From the NCBI GenBank assembly GCA_020833005.1, contig JAJHRD010000003.1, positions 63,567-127,566 of the forward strand: a stretch of DNA of 64,000 bases. Direction: 5' to 3'. The notes under the pieces were generated by a model. It did not search any database and was not told where the DNA came from. It saw nothing but the letters and a program-made list of their open reading frames with translations. Positions 1 to 9,766 of this stretch are shown here, one piece after another; position 1 is the stretch's first letter, and each line of letters opens with the position of its first letter. The translations under genes and the position numbers were made by a program. This DNA is from Thermoproteota archaeon. Lineage in GTDB: Archaea > Thermoproteota > Methanomethylicia > Culexarchaeales > Culexarchaeaceae.

Positions 1-1583
1 CAATAACCAGTGAAGAATTAAAGCAAACATTGATAGGAGCAGTAACAACAACTAAAGGTGTGAAAGAGGAAGCTGAAGAAGAGGAGATAAAGCAAGTTAA
101 GGTGGAGATAGGTGAAAGTGCAACTTTACCACAAATAACAAAACCACCAGCAATGAAGAGTAGAACACTAAACATACCAACACCAATAGCATTCCTAATA
201 ATGGGTATAATGTACTATCTAGTATTCTACTTTGCCTTTGCAGCAATAACACTAATGTTTGCTGGAGTGAGGGGTGGAGGGTGGGAGGAGATAAGTGAAT
301 TCATGAGTACAGAACTATTTAAACTAGCAGCAATAGCCTTCGCAATATACATGGCAATACAGGCAATAATCAATATGTTATTGAGAAGAAGAGGGAGGGC
401 AGTGATGTATGCTAAAGCTATTAGAGCCCAAGAGGAGGAGGCTAGGAGGATCATTACACATAGGATCATGGTTAAAGAGCAAATAGTTGAAGCTCCACCA
501 CCAATGCAGAAATTTGGTTCAAGAGCATTTCAATACATAGCATTATTGGGGGCTAAGATAAAGGCAAATTATAAAGCTGCAATAGATAAGGGGAGGAAGA
601 TATTTCAAAACATTTATGAGATAATGACTGCGCCACCACCATTATTCAAGATAACATTATCATCAGAGTACATGAAGGGTAGAAGGAGGGGGAGAGCTGA
701 AGTTGCAAGGGGGATTTGGATTAGGAGGGGGAAATACGTTAAACATGCACTACCAAAGGAGAAGCCATACGACATAGCCATAGCACCCACAATAAGAGTA
801 GCAGCACCAAAACAAAAGAGTAGAAGTGGAGGGAGTCTTGCAATAAAAATAGATTATGATGATATTAGAGTTAAGGTGAAGGAAACTAGAATGCCATTAA
901 TAACAATGATAGTATTGGATATAAGTGAATCAATGGTATCATCAATAGAAAGTGTAAAAGCTGCTATAAGAGGGTTACAGAAGGGGGCTCATGCCAAGAG
1001 GGATAAAGTTGGATTAATAGTATTCAAGGGGAGAAACGCTGAGGTACTCCAATATCCAACAACAAACATCAATGCAGTAATAGAGAAACTTGTGAATGTT
1101 GGTGTAAGCGACTTCACACCACTAGCTGCGGGATTAAAGAAGGCTAGAGAAATACTGTTAATGGAGAAATCAAAAATGAAGGAATCCATACCAGTAATGG
1201 TGATAATATCTGATGGAATAGCAAACGTAGCCCTAGAAAACCCATTATCCGTAGAGTATAGAGCTAAATTCCTAAATCCAGCACAAGCAGATGCATTGGA
1301 TATGGCAAGGAAGATAGCTAAAGATGGGATAAAGACCATAGTTATAAATACTGATCACAGATCAGACGAAATATACAAGAGGATATATTATAGGAAGGAT
1401 ATGCAAGTGATATTCTATACGCCGACAGCATTAATGATGGAGATAGCTAAGATTACTGGGGGGAAATATTATGGTTTAAGAGCAGATAAACCAATGGCGG
1501 AAATAGTGATAGAAGATGTTGTGAGCCAAATGCCAACAATACCTGAAAGGGTTATGGAGCCAATAGGCTTCATACTTGAATAA
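1..1583 (+). CDS. von Willebrand factor A (vWA) domain protein with N-terminal TM segment; 5' end truncated by window edge (frame is open upstream of nt 30)
   Basis: MIDAS-type motif DISESM followed by GLIVF...VMVIISDG, which is typical of vWA domains. Hydrophobic helix near the N-terminus. No stop codon between nt 1 and the TTG at 30. Confidence 0.55.
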   Translation, partial: ITSEELKQTLIGAVTTTKGVKEEAEEEEIKQVKVEIGESATLPQITKPPAMKSRTLNIPTPIAFLIMGIMYYLVFYFAFAAITLMFAGVRGGGWEEISEFMSTELFKLAAIAFAIYMAIQAIINMLLRRRGRAVMYAKAIRAQEEEARRIITHRIMVKEQIVEAPPPMQKFGSRAFQYIALLGAKIKANYKAAIDKGRKIFQNIYEIMTAPPPLFKITLSSEYMKGRRRGRAEVARGIWIRRGKYVKHALPKEKPYDIAIAPTIRVAAPKQKSRSGGSLAIKIDYDDIRVKVKETRMPLITMIVLDISESMVSSIESVKAAIRGLQKGAHAKRDKVGLIVFKGRNAEVLQYPTTNINAVIEKLVNVGVSDFTPLAAGLKKAREILLMEKSKMKESIPVMVIISDGIANVALENPLSVEYRAKFLNPAQADALDMARKIAKDGIKTIVINTDHRSDEIYKRIYYRKDMQVIFYTPTALMMEIAKITGGKYYGLRADKPMAEIVIEDVVSQMPTIPERVMEPIGFILE

Positions 1584-1607
1584 GAATTACGAAAGTCAAT
1601 GCTAATA

Positions 1608-3587
1608 TCATAAACCGAAAAGGAAGGTTAAAACAATATTTGTAACCCACCCAGCCAAAACTGAAATCGCTATGGTGGACAAAGAGATTAAAGTAGCCCT
1701 CCTCCAACCCTCCTCCCTCACACATGCAGCTATAGTGGCAACACATGGAATGAAAAACATAACAACCACCGTGAATACAAGCATCTGCTTCACACTTAAA
1801 ACTAAATTAAGATCACTGGATCCAATAACTTCTTGAAGCAGTATTAATGCAAGCTCCTTCCTAAGAATTCCAAATATTAATGGGAAAGCCGTTACAGCTG
1901 GCAATCCAAGCAATCCGGTTATTAATGGTGAAGCATAATATGATATCAATGGAACCATATTCAATTGGTATATGGTTTCAAGTATGACGCTACCAGCAAC
2001 TATTAATGGTGAAGCTTCATAAATGAATCCTTTAACCCTATGCCAAGTCTTTAAAAGAACAGCCTTCAAAACTGGTTTACGATAATCAGGCATCTCCATA
2101 ATTAAACCCACAGGGCAACCTGGTAGAAGCCTATTTAGAGCATACCCAAACAAAACTATCACAATAATGTTGATTAGATACAGCATCAACGCGTATGTGA
2201 AGCCAATATATTTACCAACAATTCCAAGTATAACCACAGTCCTAGCACTACACGGAATTAAAACCACTAGAAAGCTTAGTAGAAGCTTTTCACGATCACT
2301 CTCCATAATTCTACAACCCAAGCATGCTGGAACATTACATCCATAACCAAGCATTAATGGCAGGAAAGCCTTACCATGCAATCCAATCCTATGCATGAAT
2401 GCATCCATGAGATATGCTGCCCTAGGCATATATCCAGTATCTTCAAGTATCGATAGGATGAAGTAGAAGGGTAGGATATATGGTAGAGAGATTGTGAGTG
2501 TCGCTATCAATCCACCAAAGAAACCATTAATCACAATATTAGAGATTGTTTCAGGGAGGATGCCTGAAATAATCCCAGAAATCCAAGGCATTAAATTCTC
2601 ATCAAAAATGTAGCTTAAAGCGTCCTCCAATAATCTTCCGCCAGTGAAAATTGCATAGAAGATTGTTAGGAAGACTAGTATGAGTATTGGATAACCGAGT
2701 ATTGGATGCGTAGTCCAGTAATTCAATTTATCTGAGAATGTCCGTGATATTGGTGCTCTCTCAATGAATTGAACCTTTGGCAATATATCCCTACTTATGA
2801 TGCTATAACGCTCAGAGGATATTATTGAAGATATCTTCTCACCATGTATACGCTCCAATTCATCCACAAACTCCTGAACTAATAGTATTATAATTCTGCC
2901 ATTCTCCAAGCTTTCAACCATCTTCAAAACGTTTTCATCACCCTCAAGGAGCTTTATGGCAAGCCATCTAGGAGGATATTTGGAGCATAATTGGGGGAGA
3001 TACTTCTTAATAGACTCAGATAATATGGAAATCTTCTCTTCAACCTCCCTACCATACTTAAACTTTGTGGGTGAAACTTTTACACGCCCCTCAACAAAAT
3101 CAATGATTGTTTTAACAAGGACATCTATACCGCGACCAGTAACTGCAACCATAGGTATAACGGGGACTCCAAGAATCTTGCTCAATTCATCAACATCTAT
3201 CCTTATACCCTTACTCTGAGCCACATCCATTAAATTTAATGCCACAATTACTGGAGCTTCAAGCTCAAACAATTGTATTGTCAAATATAAATTCCTCTCT
3301 AAAACGGAGGCATCGACAACATTGACAACGACATCAGATTCCCTTGAAAGAATATACTCCCTAGCAATAACCTCCTCCTCAGAATACGATGATAGGGAAT
3401 ATGTTCCTGGAAGATCAACAACGTTTATTTCATAATCTCCATAAATTAATCTCCCCTCAGCCTTCTCCACAGTTTTCCCAGGCCAATTCCCAACAATTTG
3501 ACTACCACCAACAAGGCTATTGAATATTACACTTTTACCAACATTTGGCTGCCCAGCTAAGGCAACATTAATCTTCCTCTCAACCAT
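1608..3587 (-). CDS. feoB: Ferrous iron transporter FeoB (N-terminal GTPase plus polytopic membrane domain)
   Basis: G1 motif GQPNVGKS and further G-protein motifs, followed by a long hydrophobic permease domain. 659 aa is typical for FeoB. Downstream of a feoA-domain/dtxR gene pair on the same strand. Confidence 0.9.
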   Translation of the reverse strand: MVERKINVALAGQPNVGKSVIFNSLVGGSQIVGNWPGKTVEKAEGRLIYGDYEINVVDLPGTYSLSSYSEEEVIAREYILSRESDVVVNVVDASVLERNLYLTIQLFELEAPVIVALNLMDVAQSKGIRIDVDELSKILGVPVIPMVAVTGRGIDVLVKTIIDFVEGRVKVSPTKFKYGREVEEKISILSESIKKYLPQLCSKYPPRWLAIKLLEGDENVLKMVESLENGRIIILLVQEFVDELERIHGEKISSIISSERYSIISRDILPKVQFIERAPISRTFSDKLNYWTTHPILGYPILILVFLTIFYAIFTGGRLLEDALSYIFDENLMPWISGIISGILPETISNIVINGFFGGLIATLTISLPYILPFYFILSILEDTGYMPRAAYLMDAFMHRIGLHGKAFLPLMLGYGCNVPACLGCRIMESDREKLLLSFLVVLIPCSARTVVILGIVGKYIGFTYALMLYLINIIVIVLFGYALNRLLPGCPVGLIMEMPDYRKPVLKAVLLKTWHRVKGFIYEASPLIVAGSVILETIYQLNMVPLISYYASPLITGLLGLPAVTAFPLIFGILRKELALILLQEVIGSSDLNLVLSVKQMLVFTVVVMFFIPCVATIAACVREEGWRRATLISLSTIAISVLAGWVTNIVLTFLFGL

Positions 3588-3594
3588 TATAATT

Positions 3595-4188
3595 TCACCT
3601 TAACCTCTTAACATAAATTCTGGATGCTATACCCCTACCTAGGGCAATCTCATATCCCCTAACCTTCAACACTATGGGTCCACCTAGGGAGGCTATGGAT
3701 GCAACTTCAAACTCAATTCCAGGCGTTAAACCCAAGTCAGATAGTCTTCTCAGCATCCCATGCCCTCCAACAGCATATATGAATATACCCCTCTCCCCCC
3801 TACGGAGGTTAGTGAGCGGTTCAACTTCATCAATGTTCCCATCAAACTTTGATAGAAAGCTCCTTAATGACTTCAAATCTTCATCACTTAAATCATGACC
3901 ATACTTTAAATGTTCACCCACACCAGAGTATAAGCTACTAACACCATATCCACCATGAATCAACTTATCATGTATGAATGCCTGCCTATATTTTAAAATG
4001 AACTCCCTCCCAGAATCTGTTAAATTTAAACCATCACTTGAAATTAAACCCCTTTCACGAGCCAACTTCAAAACATCCTCCAAAAAATTTATAGGAACAC
4101 CAAGTCTCTTCGAAACCTCATCTAAAGTTACCTTTCCACCAGAAAGGGATATTGAATATATGGTTTCCAAGATTTTAGGCATTAACAT
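3595..4188 (-). CDS. DtxR-like winged-helix protein with C-terminal FeoA (SH3-like) domain; start probably at an internal Met (ORF open to 4260)
   Basis: N-terminal HTH ILETIYSISLSGGKVTLDEVSKRLGV...GLI resembles the DtxR N-terminal domain. The C-terminus GIFIYAVGGHGMLRRLSDLGLTPGIEFEV...KVRG matches the FeoA/SH3-like fold. The longer ORF would overlap the upstream dtxR by 40 nt. Confidence 0.6.
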   Translation of the reverse strand: MLMPKILETIYSISLSGGKVTLDEVSKRLGVPINFLEDVLKLARERGLISSDGLNLTDSGREFILKYRQAFIHDKLIHGGYGVSSLYSGVGEHLKYGHDLSDEDLKSLRSFLSKFDGNIDEVEPLTNLRRGERGIFIYAVGGHGMLRRLSDLGLTPGIEFEVASIASLGGPIVLKVRGYEIALGRGIASRIYVKRLR

Positions 4189-4220
4189 TTCTATTAATGA
4201 GGAATCGTAACCCAACTTGA

Positions 4221-4691
4221 TCAACCCTCCTCCAATGGGCATTTCCCACCATACAAGCAAACATTATTACATGGGAGCGGAGCGCCATGCGGGCAACGTG
4301 AAGGTATTTTTAAAGCCTTACATATCTTGACAACACTACTATCATTAACATAATGCTCTAAAGAGCATATTTCAGATGCAACATCCTCATCAATATTGAA
4401 GTTGAGGAGATACCCATACAGACACTCCAAAATCTCCCTCTTAAGGATATATTTAAAGGCAATATTTTCACCAGCTTTAGTTAACATTACACCCCTATAT
4501 GGAACATAATTGCATAAACCCATATCACTAAGCCTCCTAACAGCTTCAGAAACCGTGGAATTTGAAACTTTAAGGTAATTGGCTATACTGGAATTATCAA
4601 CCAAACCATCACTACTAGATTTAACCAAATTGTATATGGCAACTAGATAATCCTCAATCCTCCTATGCTTTAAACCATCAGACATAACCAA
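4221..4691 (-). CDS. DtxR/MntR-family metal-dependent transcriptional repressor with Cys-rich C-terminus
   Basis: HRRIEDYLVAIYNL...STVSEAVRRLSDMGL...MLTKAG...REILECLY follows the DtxR family pattern, plus a C-terminal Cys cluster. First gene of the feo operon. Confidence 0.75.
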   Translation of the reverse strand: MVMSDGLKHRRIEDYLVAIYNLVKSSSDGLVDNSSIANYLKVSNSTVSEAVRRLSDMGLCNYVPYRGVMLTKAGENIAFKYILKREILECLYGYLLNFNIDEDVASEICSLEHYVNDSSVVKICKALKIPSRCPHGAPLPCNNVCLYGGKCPLEEG

Positions 4692-4746
4692 ACCTAATCA
4701 TTGCATATAGAATTAATATAGATTTCGGTTATACGAAAAACAGTGA

Positions 4747-4764
4747 AAAAATTAATATTAATTT
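4747..4764. promoter_or_regulatory. Perfect 18-bp palindrome AAAATTAATATTAATTTT in the dtxR-feo operon promoter region; candidate metalloregulator operator
   Basis: Read directly from the sequence, 55-75 nt upstream of the dtxR start (minus strand). A second partial copy AAAATTAATTT lies about 25 nt away. Confidence 0.35.
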
Positions 4765-4781
4765 TCTGAAATATTGAAAAA

Positions 4782-6365
4782 TTAATTTAACATAATCATT
4801 TCATAATGCAACTTTCCATCCTTCATACTAAAGCATATCCTCTTCAACCAAGCATCAGATTCATTTGGAAAATCAGATCTATAATGCGCCCCCCTACTCT
4901 CTTCACGAATGAGACTTGAAGTTGCAACCACCGAGGATACTAGGAGCATATTCTTAAGTTCGAAGAGCTTTAAAGCATCAAACTTGGATTTCACGATAGC
5001 ATCCTCAACTTTAACATTTAATTCATCAATGATTTTGAGTAGATCCCTTAAACGGCTACCATTACGAATAACTCCACAATACTTCCACATGCTATGTTTC
5101 AATTCAAATCTTAAATTATCGATGTCGTAAGATCCAAGTGAAGATTTATTGAGCATCCTCTGAAGATTTTGAATAGTTTCATTGCAATCCACCTTAGAAA
5201 TTTTAGATGTTAATGCATATTTTGAAGCTGAAGCTCCAGCCCTTGCGCCGAAAACTATGGTTTCCGTGAGTGCATTACCGCCAAGTCTATTGGCACCATG
5301 AACACCACCACAAACCTCACCACAAGCATAAAGCCCAGGTATACCGGTACTGCAATTCTCATCAATAAGTATGCCACCCATAGTGAAATGGGCTGTGGGA
5401 GCTACTCTAAATCTACTACCACTCAAACCCAGAACTCTTATTAGATGTATTGAAGAATCTGGCATAACAGTTGATGGATCTTTATCCCCAATATCCATTA
5501 TTAGAGAATCATCGAATCCAAGACCATCATCTATCTCCTTAAACAAAGCCCTCGAAAATAGGTCTCTATCTTCAACAATTATCCTCCCAAGAGGCTTGTT
5601 AAAATTATATTTGAGGACAACATCTTCGCCAGCTCTATTAATTATTTTGGCATCATATGCTGGGAAAAGCCATGGCGGCTTCCCCTCCTCAGCTAAACCC
5701 AATGGGAAGAATTGCGTGAACTCCATATCCACAAGTTTAGCTCCAGCTTTCAAAGCCATGGCGCAACCATCACCAGAAACCCTAACCGGATTATCGCTTC
5801 TCAAGAATATCTGACTATACCCACCAGTTGAAAGCACAATGGATTTTGAGTAGATTGGTATTATCTTGCCGGAGGGGATTTGAAAAGCTATTAAACCATG
5901 AACTCCATAATCATCCACCATTAGATCTAAGGCCATGAAATTTTCAAGGAAAGTGACGCCAATCTTCTTGGCATAATCGCTTAAGGGCTTTATCAATCCA
6001 AGCCCAGCAGTTATAGGTCCATCAGTAACACTTGCACCCCCATTTCTAATGTTTAAGTTAACTCCAAAATCTCTTAATTCAAGTAGCCTACTTGGAGCTT
6101 CCTCCACCAAGACTTTAACTAAGTTACGATCGTTTATCATTCTACCTCCATGGAGGGTGTCTTTGAAATGGTTTTCCTTGGTATAGGATCCGAAGGCAGC
6201 TCTAAATCCTCCACCAACATATAGGGTGCATGAGGAAGCACCTATTGGAGCCTTAGAAATTAACATAACATTTAAACCCATCTTCCTAGCCTCTATGGAA
6301 GCTCTAAGACCAGCTGCACCGCCACCAATAATTAAAACATCAGTTTCTGGAATACTGCTCACCAA
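4782..6365 (-). CDS. FAD-dependent oxidoreductase of the L-aspartate oxidase / fumarate reductase flavoprotein family (NadB-like; no covalent-FAD His motif seen)
   Basis: N-terminal dinucleotide-binding motif DVLIIGGGAAGLRAS. The C-terminal RGAHYRSDFP capping region is typical of NadB/SdhA-like flavoproteins. Confidence 0.65.
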   Translation of the reverse strand: MVSSIPETDVLIIGGGAAGLRASIEARKMGLNVMLISKAPIGASSCTLYVGGGFRAAFGSYTKENHFKDTLHGGRMINDRNLVKVLVEEAPSRLLELRDFGVNLNIRNGGASVTDGPITAGLGLIKPLSDYAKKIGVTFLENFMALDLMVDDYGVHGLIAFQIPSGKIIPIYSKSIVLSTGGYSQIFLRSDNPVRVSGDGCAMALKAGAKLVDMEFTQFFPLGLAEEGKPPWLFPAYDAKIINRAGEDVVLKYNFNKPLGRIIVEDRDLFSRALFKEIDDGLGFDDSLIMDIGDKDPSTVMPDSSIHLIRVLGLSGSRFRVAPTAHFTMGGILIDENCSTGIPGLYACGEVCGGVHGANRLGGNALTETIVFGARAGASASKYALTSKISKVDCNETIQNLQRMLNKSSLGSYDIDNLRFELKHSMWKYCGVIRNGSRLRDLLKIIDELNVKVEDAIVKSKFDALKLFELKNMLLVSSVVATSSLIREESRGAHYRSDFPNESDAWLKRICFSMKDGKLHYEMIMLN

Positions 6366-6420
6366 ACATTATAGTGGATGGTGGATGTATTTATAGTTGA
6401 CAATAGCATCTGCAGGGATT

Positions 6421-7224
6421 TCACAGCTTATACAATTCTACCCTCCTATCATTGAAAACATGATTGTATGGTGTTATCCACTTATCCCTAGCCATAAATG
6501 GATCAACATCAACAATCCCCACAACCTCATCATCCACACCAGCAGAACATAAAACTTCCATTTTTGGATTAACAATTTGACTCAAACCAGTAAATCTCAG
6601 CTTTTCACCACCCCTCTCCTCAACTCCAATTCTATTCGCGGTAATTGTGTAAACTCTATTTTCAATGGCCCTAACCCTCATGGCAATCTGTGCATATGGA
6701 AGGATGAGATTTGATGGATGACAAATTATATCTGCACCCTTCAAAGCCAGAGTTCTCGAAGCTTCGGGGAAGCACCAATCAAAACATATTAAAACACCAA
6801 TCTTAGCGGAACCAATATCATAAACCTCAAAATTTGAATCACCCTTATCGAATAAGAGCTTCTCCCTACTGAACAAATGAGCTTTACGATAAACTCCAAG
6901 AACACCCTTCGGGCCAACAATAACAGCAGAATTAAAAAGCTTCCCACAACACTTCTCAGCTATGCCAGCCACTATAAAGGCATTCTTTTCATGAGCTAAA
7001 TCCATAAGTTTCTTGCATGTGTACCCATATGGAACCTCTTCAGCTAAACGTTCAACTTCATTCCTATCAAGAAATAGATATCCAGTATTGAAAAGTTCCG
7101 GTAAAACCATGAGATCAAATTCAACATTTTTAAGCATTGAAACAACTTTACCAACATTATACTCAACATCACCAAATATGGGATTGAATTGGAGGAAACC
7201 AATCTTCAATAATATCCACTCCAA
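6421..7224 (-). CDS. Carbon-nitrogen hydrolase (nitrilase superfamily) amidohydrolase
   Basis: Glu-Lys-Cys catalytic triad context PELFNTGY ... YRKAHLF ... VLICFDWCFPE, with the typical size of 267 aa. Confidence 0.8.
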   Translation of the reverse strand: MEWILLKIGFLQFNPIFGDVEYNVGKVVSMLKNVEFDLMVLPELFNTGYLFLDRNEVERLAEEVPYGYTCKKLMDLAHEKNAFIVAGIAEKCCGKLFNSAVIVGPKGVLGVYRKAHLFSREKLLFDKGDSNFEVYDIGSAKIGVLICFDWCFPEASRTLALKGADIICHPSNLILPYAQIAMRVRAIENRVYTITANRIGVEERGGEKLRFTGLSQIVNPKMEVLCSAGVDDEVVGIVDVDPFMARDKWITPYNHVFNDRRVELYKL

Positions 7225-7235
7225 AAAATGAGGGG

Positions 7236-8405
7236 TTAGTGTAGTATTGTTAAGCTATCCAAATCCCTTGGATAGAATGTTACAACTTCAACTCCATCCT
7301 CCGTTATTATCACCGTATCTGAATGTCTGAAGCCTGCAAATCCAGGTATGTATATTCCCGGCTCACAAGAGAACACCATTCCAGGTTTTAGAATCGTTGT
7401 ATCACCATCTTCAATCCATGGAGGTTCATGACCTTGTAAACCAATTCCATGACCAACCCTATGCAATATATACTCTTGAGGTACACCCTCCTCCTTGAAA
7501 ACCTTAAAGGCAACTTTATTCACATCACAACACTTTACACCTGGTTTAAAGGCTTCAAGGGCTGCTTGCTGAGCTTTAACCATTATATTGAAGTATTTGA
7601 TTTGCTTCTCATTTGGCTTGCCAACTATCATGGTTCTCTCAAGCTCTGAACTATAACCACCAATTTTTGCACCTGCACCCGTAACTAGCACATCCCCCTC
7701 CCTTATAACTATATTTGAAGTTAACATATGTGGGTATGCTGAGTAAGGCCCAATTTGACCTCTAAATCCAGCTGAAGCTGGAAGCATCGTTCCAGGTTCA
7801 AATTCAGGTCCAAGAGCTTTAATCATGGCTAAAGATGCTTCAAAACTGGCTCTAGCTGCAACCTCAATTTCATGAGCCCCAGGATAAACGTATTCTTGCA
7901 AAAGCCTATGAGCCAAATTACCCCACTTAGCACTCTCCCTTATAAGTGCAATTTCCTCATCATCCTTCACAAGCCTCATATCATTTATAATTTTCCCAAG
8001 ATTCTCAATTTTCGCAGATGGTAAAACCTCAGCCAAAGATGGACCAACATAACCCATAATCCCAGGATACCCTGGAGCATCAACAGCAATCTTCTTATCC
8101 GCCAATTTAAGCTCCTCCAACCCCCTAGCTAAAACCTTCATTGGATGCTCAACACCCGGATACTCAAAGTAAACAATCCTCTTCTTAATCTGTGGAACTC
8201 TAAACTTCGAATGATCTTCTTCAAGTCTTGGAACGAATAGAATTGGTTCATCATGCACTGGAAGGATGAGTGCAGTAGGCCTCTCAGTCGATATTATCGT
8301 GTATCCGGTAAGGTAGAAGACGTTCAATGGGGAGAATAAAATCATTGCAACACATCCATGCTTTTCAATTTCACTACGCACATAATTCATCCTCTTCTCA
8401 TGCAT
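7236..8405 (-). CDS. M24-family Xaa-Pro aminopeptidase/dipeptidase (start likely internal Met MHEKRM...; ORF open to 8483)
   Basis: Creatinase-like N-domain plus pita-bread metal ligands HRVGHGIGLQGHEPP. The extreme N-terminus of the long ORF is low-complexity. Confidence 0.8.
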   Translation of the reverse strand: MHEKRMNYVRSEIEKHGCVAMILFSPLNVFYLTGYTIISTERPTALILPVHDEPILFVPRLEEDHSKFRVPQIKKRIVYFEYPGVEHPMKVLARGLEELKLADKKIAVDAPGYPGIMGYVGPSLAEVLPSAKIENLGKIINDMRLVKDDEEIALIRESAKWGNLAHRLLQEYVYPGAHEIEVAARASFEASLAMIKALGPEFEPGTMLPASAGFRGQIGPYSAYPHMLTSNIVIREGDVLVTGAGAKIGGYSSELERTMIVGKPNEKQIKYFNIMVKAQQAALEAFKPGVKCCDVNKVAFKVFKEEGVPQEYILHRVGHGIGLQGHEPPWIEDGDTTILKPGMVFSCEPGIYIPGFAGFRHSDTVIITEDGVEVVTFYPRDLDSLTILH

Positions 8406-8506
8406 CTTCCAACTAATTCTATACCTACCCATAACTATCATAATATTGTTGTAATTTGAAGTGTATAAAAAGTTAATGAACAAACCTATTACGGCTATAT
8501 TACCAT

Positions 8507-9082
8507 CTAACTTTTAATGGTTTGGGAAGCCATTTTACGGAGCTCTTCTATACTATCCTTAAACCCACTAACAAGCATTACAACTCCACCAGTTAATGTG
8601 AAATCCCCAGGTGGATCCTTAATCCACCTCTCCCCAGGAAATCTAACTGCAAGAACATTAATTCCCATCTCATCAAGTTCAAGTTCAGATAGGGATTTAC
8701 CATCAAGTTCACTATCCTTCTCAACTCTAATTAGGGAGACGCTCTCCTCAGTTTCCATAAAAGCCATGCCCAATATGGGGTGGGATTTAAACCCCCTCAT
8801 AACAACATCGGCTATGGATGCAGCTGCATCTGAAATTGATTCCACACATAAACTCAACCTTATTACCCCAAGAATATTCTTCTCATCAACTCCAGCATCC
8901 CTAAGCTTTAAGCAATCAGTTTCCAACTCTGTATGCAGATTGTCAATCTCCTCCTCCATAACTAGAACTTCATGCGCAATACTCGAATCATTGTAGAGTA
9001 ATGCGTAATATGCTAGGTCAATCATGGATCTAGACATATCAATCATTTTAACAAGCTTTTCCTCAATACTCTTAAAACTCAT
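8507..9082 (-). CDS. PhoU-like domain + TrkA-C (RCK_C) domain regulatory protein
   Basis: N-terminal PhoU-type helical repeats. C-terminal LDGKSLSELELDEMGINVLAVRFPGER...GDFTLTGGVVMLVSG matches TrkA-C. Paired with a paralog and adjacent to an MgtE-like transporter. Confidence 0.6.
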   Translation of the reverse strand: MSFKSIEEKLVKMIDMSRSMIDLAYYALLYNDSSIAHEVLVMEEEIDNLHTELETDCLKLRDAGVDEKNILGVIRLSLCVESISDAAASIADVVMRGFKSHPILGMAFMETEESVSLIRVEKDSELDGKSLSELELDEMGINVLAVRFPGERWIKDPPGDFTLTGGVVMLVSGFKDSIEELRKMASQTIKS

Positions 9083-9707
9083 CCCCGAAAACCTCCTTCA
9101 AATCCTTAACTTCACCAGAAGCAATCCTACTTAAATCATTTAAACCATCGATTGGACCTCTAACTATTAGGATATCCCCCTCAAATATGGTTTCACTATC
9201 CTCTGGATCTATTATAATCTTAGCTCCACGCCTAATAGCCAACACGTACACCCCCATATTAACATCAAGTCCAAGTTCACCAAGCCTCTTACCAACAATA
9301 GGCGACCCCTTAACTACAGTGATGCGTCTATATTGTGGTTCAATTTTAGATAATGCTTCCTTAAGTTGGCTGGGCAATCCAAGCTTAAGCCTAATAACAT
9401 TCACAATATCAGCAACTGCATTTGAAATGCCATCAATGGATATTGCAAGCTTCATTATACCAGCCAAAGCCTCAGCATCCTCCACATCCCTAACAGCAAG
9501 GGATGCACTGGCCCAAATCTCATATAAAAGTGAATCTATATCCCTCTCAATCTCCAAAACCTCCTCCGCCAGATCCTCATCATTCAAGAATAGTGATGCA
9601 TAAGCTAAATCCAACATCAACCCACATGAATTCTTCATATCAATCAAAACATCCTTCACTGGGCGGGGTCTACGACCCCAAATATTATGGGATTTATGTG
9701 CACACAT
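9072..9707 (-). CDS. PhoU-like domain + TrkA-C (RCK_C) domain regulatory protein (paralog of 8507..9082)
   Basis: Same architecture as its neighbour: GKRLGELGLDVNMGVYVLAIRRGAKIIIDPEDSETIFEGDILIVRG is TrkA-C-like. Overlaps the neighbour by 11 nt. Confidence 0.6.
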   Translation of the reverse strand: MCAHKSHNIWGRRPRPVKDVLIDMKNSCGLMLDLAYASLFLNDEDLAEEVLEIERDIDSLLYEIWASASLAVRDVEDAEALAGIMKLAISIDGISNAVADIVNVIRLKLGLPSQLKEALSKIEPQYRRITVVKGSPIVGKRLGELGLDVNMGVYVLAIRRGAKIIIDPEDSETIFEGDILIVRGPIDGLNDLSRIASGEVKDLKEVFGDEF

Positions 9708-9766
9708 TTGGGAAACTCAACCTCAATTAATATCAATATTACTATAGTTTGTCTGGAAATTAAATT

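Noticed and set aside
227-1339. Antisense ORFs (227..469, 989..1339) inside the vWA gene, and many similar 60-180-aa ORFs on the opposite strand of long genes throughout the track (e.g. 2956..3219, 5371..5814, 8517..8996, 9187..9603, 16305..16730, 23432..23953, 29971..30516, 32908..33558, 38978..39427)
   Set aside because: Low-complexity, Ser/Leu/Pro-rich translations typical of shadow ORFs in a purine-rich coding strand. Each is fully covered by a confidently assigned gene on the other strand.
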